Source of the DNA: Candidatus Bathyarchaeota archaeon
Lineage (GTDB): Archaea > Thermoproteota > Bathyarchaeia > Bathyarchaeales > Bathyarchaeaceae
Assembly (NCBI GenBank): GCA_020352535.1
Contig: CP070679.1
Location: forward strand, 872,501 to 914,086
Direction of reading: 5' to 3'
DNA: 41,586 nucleotides
In this document: positions 25,256 through 32,703 of the stretch, piece by piece
Layout of the letters: every line of letters starts with the position of its first letter
Position numbering within the stretch: position 1 is the stretch's first letter
Notes under the pieces: model-generated
Seen by the model: the letters and a program-made list of their open reading frames with translations, nothing else
The model's database searches: none
What the model was told of the DNA's origin: nothing
Translations under genes and position numbers: made by a program

Positions 25256-26782
25256 ATGGATTCTTTCCCATGGTGGACTGCAAAACAGAGAGATTTGATG
25301 ACAGCGACCAAGTCCTTTGCTGATGATAACTTATCGAGGGGCGAAGAGGTGTCTTGGACAAGAGTCTACCCGACTGACCTTCTGAAGGAAGTAGCTAGAA
25401 GGGGATGGTTTGGTGCCTTGATTCCCAGGGAGTATGGTGGTATTGATGTTGGGGTCACGGGTTGTTGCATCGTGGCTGAGCAGCTCAGTCGTATCTGCAT
25501 TGCATTGGCTGGGGCTTGTTCCGTAACTATGTATGGTGGGGCTGAACAGCTTCTGAAGTTCGGGCTTGAAGAGCAGAAAAGGCGGTGGCTTCCTCGCTTT
25601 GTGAACGGTGTTGTTGGAGCTATATGTATAACAGAGCCGACTGTTGGCTCAGACGCTGCAAGCATTGATACGACGGCAAAGCGGAGTAACGACGAATACA
25701 TAATTGATGGAAAGAAGCGTTTCATAACGAACGCTGGATTGGCTGACATCTACCTAGTGTTCGCAAGGACTAGTGATTCACCGAGGGATATAGCCCGACA
25801 TCAACACTTAAGCGCATTTATTATTGAAAGAGGTGCCCCTGGCTTCACAGTTGAGCGTATTAATGAACTTGGCGGATGGGTTGGTCTTCCGAATGGTTTT
25901 CTAGACTTCAATGAAGTTCGAGTTCTTGCTGAGAACAGGATTGGAGCTGAGGGGGATGGCTGGAAAATTCTTGTTGATGGCTTGAATTTCGAGAGAACTC
26001 TTTTCTCCGCTGAGAAGCTGGGACCTATGGGCGAGGCGATTCGATACGCCGTCTGCCATGCTCAACGAAGAATCCAATTCGGGCAGCCAACAATCGAGTC
26101 GGAGGTCACTCGATTCAAGATAGCTGATATGATTGCCAGGTTTAAAACCGCGAGATTGGTAATATACCATGCTGCTCAGCTGCTGGACTTGAACGCTGAG
26201 GCAGCCCTTGAGACTACTCTAGCGAAGCTTCATATTCCTGATGCCTATGATTTCGTGATGAACGAGGCCTCGCAGGTCATGGGGGGCGATGCTTGGACAA
26301 GGTTCTACCCTCTCAATGGCTTCCTAAGGGATGCTAGGGTTAACCACGTAGCAGCCGGGACAGACGAAGTAATGAAATTAGTCATCTTCAAACAGGGTAT
26401 GCGGGCTCTAGCAAAGGACTTGAAGATGCCTACCCGAAGAATCCATGAAAGGCTGAATGCGCCGATGTCAACACCTACACCTATAATCATGGAGATGATG
26501 AATGAAGCCAATCTACTATCAATCCTTGCAGATGATTACCGGGTGAATCCTGGCCTTCACATGAGTCGTGAAGATGTCAAGAGGCGATTTGATAGGATTG
26601 ATGATGAAACTTTGGATAATGCGTTGATTGGGCTCGAACAGAAAGCGCTTGTCAGGCTTCATAGAGATCGTAAGAACGTGATTCAATTAGTCAAGGCAAC
26701 TTATGCCGGTTTAAGGAAAGCCAACCCACAGGAGCACTATCAATGGTTTCCGGAATGGATGAATAAGAACTTCATATTCTAG
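25256..26782 (+). CDS. Acyl-CoA dehydrogenase with a C-terminal extension of about 120 aa
   Basis: ACAD core: GAICITEPTVGSDA, KRFITNA, GDGWKILVDGLNFERT, FLRDARVNHVAAGTDEVMKLVI. Residues about 390-508 lie beyond the normal ACAD end. Confidence 0.85.
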   Translation: MDSFPWWTAKQRDLMTATKSFADDNLSRGEEVSWTRVYPTDLLKEVARRGWFGALIPREYGGIDVGVTGCCIVAEQLSRICIALAGACSVTMYGGAEQLLKFGLEEQKRRWLPRFVNGVVGAICITEPTVGSDAASIDTTAKRSNDEYIIDGKKRFITNAGLADIYLVFARTSDSPRDIARHQHLSAFIIERGAPGFTVERINELGGWVGLPNGFLDFNEVRVLAENRIGAEGDGWKILVDGLNFERTLFSAEKLGPMGEAIRYAVCHAQRRIQFGQPTIESEVTRFKIADMIARFKTARLVIYHAAQLLDLNAEAALETTLAKLHIPDAYDFVMNEASQVMGGDAWTRFYPLNGFLRDARVNHVAAGTDEVMKLVIFKQGMRALAKDLKMPTRRIHERLNAPMSTPTPIIMEMMNEANLLSILADDYRVNPGLHMSREDVKRRFDRIDDETLDNALIGLEQKALVRLHRDRKNVIQLVKATYAGLRKANPQEHYQWFPEWMNKNFIF

Positions 26783-26916
26783 AGTAATATTGTTAGGCTT
26801 GCCGATTGGTTCTATATCTATTCACTTGATTTTTGAGTCACAGAACGAGTCTATAGGGCTTTCACGGTACTCTTATATTGATTGAACGATTTTTATCAGC
26901 AAAGAAGTGGTATGTG

Positions 26917-28065
26917 ATGAGCGTAGCAATTGTGGGAGTTGGTCAGACACCCTTTCGCAGAAGCTGTGGTTCAAGCATCAGAGAGCTCTGTTTTGAGGCC
27001 TTTCGAGATACCTTGACTGACATAGACCTTGTTCCTAAGGGAATAGATGCTTCCATAATTTGCTCTGCTCCAGAGTATGATAAGCAGAGAAGCCCGGCAG
27101 GACTAATCTCCGAATATCTTGGCTTGAATCCTCAACCAACCTTCTATGCCGAGTCTATCTGCTCATCTAGCAGCACCGGCGTGAAAGTTGGCTACAGCTT
27201 CATCAAATCCAAGCTTCATGATGTAGTGGCGGTAATTGGTTTCCAGAAAATGTCAGAGATTTCCTCTGCAGAAGTACAAGAGCGGATGGGCCGAGGAGCA
27301 GATATCCAGTGGGAATCCCCCTTCGGTACGATGATGCCAGCTGGATATGCGATGTTCGCCAGAGCCCATATGCAGACATACGGGACCTCGGAGGAGCAAT
27401 TGGCAAGGGTCAAGGTGAAGAGTAGCAAGTACTCGTTTCTCAACCCTTTAGCCATGTATCGACGAGTTGTAACATTAGAGGAGTGTCTGAAAGCTCGAGT
27501 CATAGCTAATCCACTGAAGATGTTCGATTGTTGTGCTAACGCTGATGGTGCCTCTTGTGTGATTCTTGCGAGTGAAGAGAAAGCTAGGAAGATAACTGAT
27601 ACTCCAATTTGGGTAGCAGGGATTGGTGCTGCTAGCGACACCTTATCTACCACAGCTCGTACAAACCTGACCGGACTGACATGTGCAGTTGAGGCTGGAA
27701 GGCAGGCTTATAGGATGGCGAGGATAAAACCTGAAGATGTTGATGTTGCAGAGGTGCATGACTGCTTCACGATTGCTGAGATTATGGCCTGCGAGAATTT
27801 AGGCTTCTGCAAACCCGGCGAGGGCGGGAAACTAGTAGAAGACTCGCAGACATACATTGGAGGTAAGATTCCTGTGAATGTAGACGGTGGATTGCTATCG
27901 AAGGGGCATCCGATAGGTGCTACTGGGGGTTCCCAGATTCGAACGATTGTGCTTCAGTTGCAGGGGCAAGCTGGTAAGACACAGGTTGATGGCGCCGAGA
28001 TAGGATTAGTCCATAACATTGGAGGAATTGGATTATACGGTAATGTGACAATTCTACGAAGGTGA
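26917..28065 (+). CDS. Thiolase-fold protein (SCP-x/archaeal acetyl-CoA acetyltransferase-like)
   Basis: MSVAIVGVGQTPF, nucleophile region ESICSSSSTG, VHDCFT, GHPIGATG, HNIGG. Start moved to the ATG at 26917 from the TTG at 26878. Confidence 0.85.
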   Translation: MSVAIVGVGQTPFRRSCGSSIRELCFEAFRDTLTDIDLVPKGIDASIICSAPEYDKQRSPAGLISEYLGLNPQPTFYAESICSSSSTGVKVGYSFIKSKLHDVVAVIGFQKMSEISSAEVQERMGRGADIQWESPFGTMMPAGYAMFARAHMQTYGTSEEQLARVKVKSSKYSFLNPLAMYRRVVTLEECLKARVIANPLKMFDCCANADGASCVILASEEKARKITDTPIWVAGIGAASDTLSTTARTNLTGLTCAVEAGRQAYRMARIKPEDVDVAEVHDCFTIAEIMACENLGFCKPGEGGKLVEDSQTYIGGKIPVNVDGGLLSKGHPIGATGGSQIRTIVLQLQGQAGKTQVDGAEIGLVHNIGGIGLYGNVTILRR

Positions 28066-28484
28066 TCCTTGTGAGTTTCAGCAGTTTTGGGAAGATTGGC
28101 TATGTTTCAGAGACGAAAGTCGAGGATTTTGTTAGGTTCTTGGAGAAAGGAAAGATTATGGCGACGAAATGCCGTAGATGCGGAAAGCTGTATTTCCCTC
28201 CACGAGCGGATTGCCCCGACGATTTATCATCTGATGTTACTTGGCAGGAGTTGAGTGGACATTGCAAGCTACTTACCTTCACTACGGTTTATTTCGCCCC
28301 GACGGGCTTCCAGGATGATCTGCCCTATTCGCTTGCCCTTGTACAGTGTGAAGAGGGCGTAAAGGTTTTCGCGCCTTTCAGCAAAGATGTGGATGAAGGC
28401 AAGGTTCACATCGGCATGAATCTTAGACTTGCTCCTAAGAAGTTGCCAAATCGTCGAATCACGTATGAGTTAAAGCAGACATAA
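28062..28484 (+). CDS. DUF35 OB-fold/zinc-ribbon protein (thiolase partner)
   Basis: GKIMATKCRRCGKLYFPPRADCP zinc ribbon followed by an OB-like domain. The GTG start overlaps the thiolase stop (GTGA). Confidence 0.8.
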   Translation: MILVSFSSFGKIGYVSETKVEDFVRFLEKGKIMATKCRRCGKLYFPPRADCPDDLSSDVTWQELSGHCKLLTFTTVYFAPTGFQDDLPYSLALVQCEEGVKVFAPFSKDVDEGKVHIGMNLRLAPKKLPNRRITYELKQT

Positions 28485-28515
28485 TCTTCTGATTTGATAA
28501 AGGCTGAGTGTTTGT

Positions 28516-29595
28516 ATGGGTCTCCGGGAATCAGTGAAATTCGGTGTTGAAGGCCCAAACTATCCTTGGGAAGCTGTCCGCGATATTGCCTTATTAGCTG
28601 AGAAAACAGGTTTTGACTCCTTCTGGATGCCAGATCATCTGGTTGCCACGGGGGTCAGGCGCTGGGATGCTTTGCATGCATGGGGCGCTCTCTGTGCTCT
28701 CGCAGTGCAAACAAAGCGAATCAAGCTGGCTACTGGAGTAAGCGATACTTTTCGCCATCATCCCGCATCATTGGCTCAGATGGCGGCAACATGTGATGTC
28801 CTGTCGAATGGTCGGGCAATACTTGGAATAGGAATTGGTGAGGCAATGAACCTAGTGCCGTTTGGCATCCCCTTTGACAAGCCAGTTGGACGAACGATTG
28901 AGGCTATTCAGATTATTCGAAGACTGTTTTCGGAGGATTTCGTAGATTTCAAGGGGGAGTATTATGAGCTGAAGCATGCTTTTCTTCGACCTAGACCTGT
29001 TGTTCCCCTCTCAGAAACCAAGAATCGATCAACTGTTCCAATTTTCATAGCAGCAAGCTCACCAAGGACTATGAAAGTGACTGCTCGATATGGAGATGGC
29101 TGGTTACCAGCAAACCTGACGCCGGACGAGTATAAAGACAATCTAAAGAAGATTCGGGAGAACGCGAAAGCGTTTCAGAGGGCACCTTCAAGCATCGAAC
29201 CTGCCCACTTCATGTACGTGGTTGTGGCCAATGATGTCGAGACTGCAAGAAAGGCGATTATGCCGACTGGTAAGATGATGTTGCTTTCAAGGCCACGGAT
29301 AATAGAGAAACTTGGATTTCAGCCTCCCAGCTATGACTTCGAGATGACATTCAAACTCGTTTTTCCACGCGATGGAGAAGCTTGGTTGACTAAATCGCGA
29401 GAGATTCCGGATGAGGTTGTGGAGAGGGCTCCATTTCTATGGGGCGAGCCTGATGACATAGCTGATAAGATTGACAAGTTCGTTGAAGCAGGCTGCAGCA
29501 ACTTCGTGCTTAATTTCCAGGTTTCGCGCAGATTGTTGAAGGAAACCTGCAAGCTATTCGCGGAGAAGGTCATGCCGCATTTCAGGGAAAAGTAA
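28516..29595 (+). CDS. LLM-class F420/flavin-dependent oxidoreductase (Mer-like)
   Basis: GFDSFWMPDHL, NGRAILGIGIGEAMN and IFIAASSPRTMKVTARYGDGWLP. It is a paralog-type relative of 4133-5065. Confidence 0.8.
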   Translation: MGLRESVKFGVEGPNYPWEAVRDIALLAEKTGFDSFWMPDHLVATGVRRWDALHAWGALCALAVQTKRIKLATGVSDTFRHHPASLAQMAATCDVLSNGRAILGIGIGEAMNLVPFGIPFDKPVGRTIEAIQIIRRLFSEDFVDFKGEYYELKHAFLRPRPVVPLSETKNRSTVPIFIAASSPRTMKVTARYGDGWLPANLTPDEYKDNLKKIRENAKAFQRAPSSIEPAHFMYVVVANDVETARKAIMPTGKMMLLSRPRIIEKLGFQPPSYDFEMTFKLVFPRDGEAWLTKSREIPDEVVERAPFLWGEPDDIADKIDKFVEAGCSNFVLNFQVSRRLLKETCKLFAEKVMPHFREK

Positions 29596-29622
29596 GCCGT
29601 CGTTGAGTCTGCATGTTTCCTG

Positions 29623-30606
29623 CTAGGAGGCCTTAAGTTTAGTTCCGCATCGTAGACAGTATTTTGATTCTTCCGGAAGGTATTCTGCGCCACATTTGTT
29701 GCACTTCTGCATGTATGGACCATGAGGAATCCGTGGGTCTCCACCTTCAGCGATGAATGCCCGAATTCTTTCCATGTTAACCTTTCGTTTCTGCTTGAAG
29801 GCCCACAAGCCTTCGGTCGGTTCAACAGATCCTATGTTGAGGGCAAACCAGGCTTTTCCATGCTCCCATGTGAGACGCCAGACCAGCTCTTTCCACCAAT
29901 TGTGATGGACCTTGAAATACCAAAGGCTGGATGGCGACAACTTCTTCATCCTATCTATGTACTCTTTCACTTTGGCGTCTAAGGAGTCCTTCGACACAAC
30001 CTCGTTTACGACGCCGTACTTGAGGGCTTCTTTTGCGTCTAGCTGTGAGCTTAGGAGAACCATCTCTGCTGATTTTTTAATACTCATGTGCAGAGGAAGC
30101 CATTGTGACAGTCCTCCAATAGAGGTCATGCCTACGCGGGGCCCAGGTGATATGAAGCGTGCATGGTCTGCAGCAATGGCGAGGTCGCAGCAGGCTACAA
30201 ACTCCCAGCCACCACCCGCGACTGCTCCGTTCACTCTGGCGATTACGGGCTTGCCGCAGTGCATTATCAGGTCGAAGACTCGACCGTAATATTCTCCCCA
30301 TTCCCAGAACTTATGTGGCTTTCGATTGTATATTTCGGCGTATTCGTGTACATTTCCGCCGGTGCAGAAAGCCTTGTCACCTACCCCTGTCATTACTATG
30401 AACTGGACAGTATCGTCGCCCATTGCCCTCTCGTAGCCAGCGCATATCTCCTTTAGGGTTCCAAGGACGTAGGAGTTCATCTCGTCAGAGTTGTTAATGG
30501 CGATACGGGCTGTGTGGTCATGCCAATCTGAATCATACTTGATGGTTCGCCACCTCTTTGGATTTTCTTCTGGATACCAGTCAAATTCTCTTCCTGCCAT
30601 GCCCAT
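29623..30606 (-). CDS. Crotonase-superfamily enzyme of the MenB/BadI/Oah-like subgroup with a C-terminal zinc ribbon
   Basis: VMTGVGDKAFCTGGN...PVIARVNGAVAGGGWEF...CDLAIAA. The C-terminal CNKCGAEYLPEESKYCLRCG is at about 29623-29715. Start set to the ATG at 30606 (MGMAGREFDW); the longer ORF to 30738 would overlap the divergent gene. Confidence 0.8.
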   Translation of the reverse strand: MGMAGREFDWYPEENPKRWRTIKYDSDWHDHTARIAINNSDEMNSYVLGTLKEICAGYERAMGDDTVQFIVMTGVGDKAFCTGGNVHEYAEIYNRKPHKFWEWGEYYGRVFDLIMHCGKPVIARVNGAVAGGGWEFVACCDLAIAADHARFISPGPRVGMTSIGGLSQWLPLHMSIKKSAEMVLLSSQLDAKEALKYGVVNEVVSKDSLDAKVKEYIDRMKKLSPSSLWYFKVHHNWWKELVWRLTWEHGKAWFALNIGSVEPTEGLWAFKQKRKVNMERIRAFIAEGGDPRIPHGPYMQKCNKCGAEYLPEESKYCLRCGTKLKAS

Positions 30607-30692
30607 CACGTCAACCCGAATTACTTTCCAAATATATTTAAGACTTGTTGGACGTGGAAATTGTATCAAGACGCCGCATCTAGAGTGGAAAA

Positions 30693-32204
30693 ATGGACAT
30701 CCAAACAGTCGTAGACTATCTAAAGCAGATAGTAACAACGGAACAGATTCTCACAGATCAGGAAGACCGCTATGTATATTCGTTTGAGAAGCTCTTTGAG
30801 GAAAAGAGCGCAGCGCCAGATATTATTGTCACCACGTCTTCACCTAGGGAAGCTCGAAGGATTTATGCAGTTGCTGAACATGAAGGCTTCACAGTAGCTA
30901 GGCGTGGGGAGATTTCGAATCCGCAAGATTTGAGGAGACCATTTGTACTAATTGACGACATCCCCATTCCTGAACTGAAGAGTATTCCGACAAGCAAAAG
31001 CGAAACCATCAGTATCTTGCAGGAAATCCGCAAAAGTGGGTATAGAAACCCTCAGAATCTCGCTTCTGCCATCAAGGCTCTGCTTTCAGGTCGGCGTCAG
31101 AGTCAATGCATGGAGTGCAGAACCTGCAGTGGCTATTGCACAATTGCTTCCTCATTCAAAAGTGTGGAGACATGGTCCTCAAAGGGACGAACCGTCGTGG
31201 TTCGGGGTCTCCAAGACGGAACGCTTCCGATATCCAAGAAAATTGCTGACATTCTATACACCTGCACAGAGTGTGGCCTGTGCTTTGCCCAGTGTTTTTC
31301 GGATCTTCAGGTTGACGAGGCTATACGAGTTGCCCGAAATAAGATTGCAGAAGAGGGGTTTGCACCAGAGGTTTTCCACACGGTCGCTGAGAACATTATG
31401 AGAACTGGCGACCCAGGTGCAGTGCCAGTGAAGCAGCGTCTTTTGTGGATGCAGGGCTTGTCTTCTCAGCAGCTGCCTGAAGAAGCTGAAGTGTTGTATT
31501 GGGTCGGTTGCACCGTGGCGAATAGAACGCCTAAGACTGCTGTAGCTCTGCTGAATATTCTGAATCAAGGAAAAGTTCGCTTCACGATACTCAACGAACA
31601 AGAGGGATGCTGTGGGTATGTTCTACTGGCGACAGGGCTTTGGGATAAGGCGAAGAAGGTCGCGGACGAAGTGTCGCTAAAGGTGAAGCGAATCGGTGTG
31701 TCAGCGCTCGTAACGCCTTGCGCTGGTTGTTACTACACCTTCAAGAAACTCTACCCTGAAATCCTAGGAGTTTCCCTTCCATGTGAAATCCTTCATTCAT
31801 CACACCTAATTGAGCGATTGGTCAACAATGGTAGGCTGAAACTGAAACCAATAGGTTTCACGGTAAGCTACCATGATCCTTGCTCGTTGGGTCGGCATAG
31901 CCAGGTCTTTGAGGCTCCCCGCAGCGTGTTGAGGGCAATACCTCGTCTTACACTAGTTGAAATGCCCTTGAACAGGCAGTCCGCAAGATGCTGTGGAGGT
32001 GGAGGTGGTTTATGGTCGTTTAACCATGAGGTCAGTATGGAGGCTGCCTCTTGGAGATTGAGGGATTTGGACCAATTGAAGAGTGATGTGTTAGCCACTG
32101 CGTGTCCGCTATGTCAGATGAACTTTCGATATACTGCAGCGCGACGAGGTGTCTCCCTTAAGGTTTGTGACATAGCTGAGATTGTGGAATCGGCGCTCGG
32201 TTAG
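30693..32204 (+). CDS. HdrD/GlpC/GlcF-like Fe-S oxidoreductase (2x[4Fe-4S] plus two CCG domains) with an extra N-terminal domain
   Basis: CMECRTCSGYC and CTECGLCFAQC ferredoxin motifs. CCG-type motifs VGCTV...CCGY and HDPCSLGR...CCGGGGG...CPLC. The N-terminal 130 aa or so resemble the start of a GlcD-type FAD-binding domain. Confidence 0.8.
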   Translation: MDIQTVVDYLKQIVTTEQILTDQEDRYVYSFEKLFEEKSAAPDIIVTTSSPREARRIYAVAEHEGFTVARRGEISNPQDLRRPFVLIDDIPIPELKSIPTSKSETISILQEIRKSGYRNPQNLASAIKALLSGRRQSQCMECRTCSGYCTIASSFKSVETWSSKGRTVVVRGLQDGTLPISKKIADILYTCTECGLCFAQCFSDLQVDEAIRVARNKIAEEGFAPEVFHTVAENIMRTGDPGAVPVKQRLLWMQGLSSQQLPEEAEVLYWVGCTVANRTPKTAVALLNILNQGKVRFTILNEQEGCCGYVLLATGLWDKAKKVADEVSLKVKRIGVSALVTPCAGCYYTFKKLYPEILGVSLPCEILHSSHLIERLVNNGRLKLKPIGFTVSYHDPCSLGRHSQVFEAPRSVLRAIPRLTLVEMPLNRQSARCCGGGGGLWSFNHEVSMEAASWRLRDLDQLKSDVLATACPLCQMNFRYTAARRGVSLKVCDIAEIVESALG

Positions 32205-32207
32205 TTC

Positions 32208-32693
32208 CTAGACTTGAACCATTCTTTTCATCAGGTCAGACAGCTTCTCAGCTGCAGCTCTTCTTTTCTTGAGGTTGACTGCCGTTGCGTCGAGATAGCG
32301 TAAGGCTTGAGGCTCGCAAAACTTCACGCAGAGAGGATTCCCGTCACAGAGATCGCATTTGAGGACTTTGCTGCTCTCAGTATCTACGTTGATACCCCCT
32401 AAGGGGCAGAATACAACGCAGAGTCTGCAGCCAACACATAAATCATAGTCGACTAGCACAGCACCCGTTTTATCATCTCTCTTCAGCGCATGCATTGGGC
32501 AGACAACCTCACACAGCGGGGTTTCGCATTGCTGGCAGACCATGGGAACGTAGAGGCCTGAAGTTTCCCATTTGACTGTGTGGATTCGAGCGCGATTGGG
32601 GTTGCAGACCTTCTCGTGATGGAGTGAGCACACAATCTCGCAGTTTCGACATCCCGAGCATTTCTCAGGGTCGATGAAGAGGATTTTCTGCAT
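32208..32693 (-). CDS. Polyferredoxin, four [4Fe-4S]-type Cys motifs (DmsB/AorA/BamC-like)
   Basis: CSGCRNCEIVC, CQQCETPLCEVVCP, CVGCRLCVVFCP and CDLCDGNPLCVKFC. The ATG at 32693 is preceded by GGAGGAACC, which overlaps the AOR stop. Confidence 0.85.
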   Translation of the reverse strand: MQKILFIDPEKCSGCRNCEIVCSLHHEKVCNPNRARIHTVKWETSGLYVPMVCQQCETPLCEVVCPMHALKRDDKTGAVLVDYDLCVGCRLCVVFCPLGGINVDTESSKVLKCDLCDGNPLCVKFCEPQALRYLDATAVNLKKRRAAAEKLSDLMKRMVQV

Positions 32694-32703
32694 CTGGTTC
32701 CTC

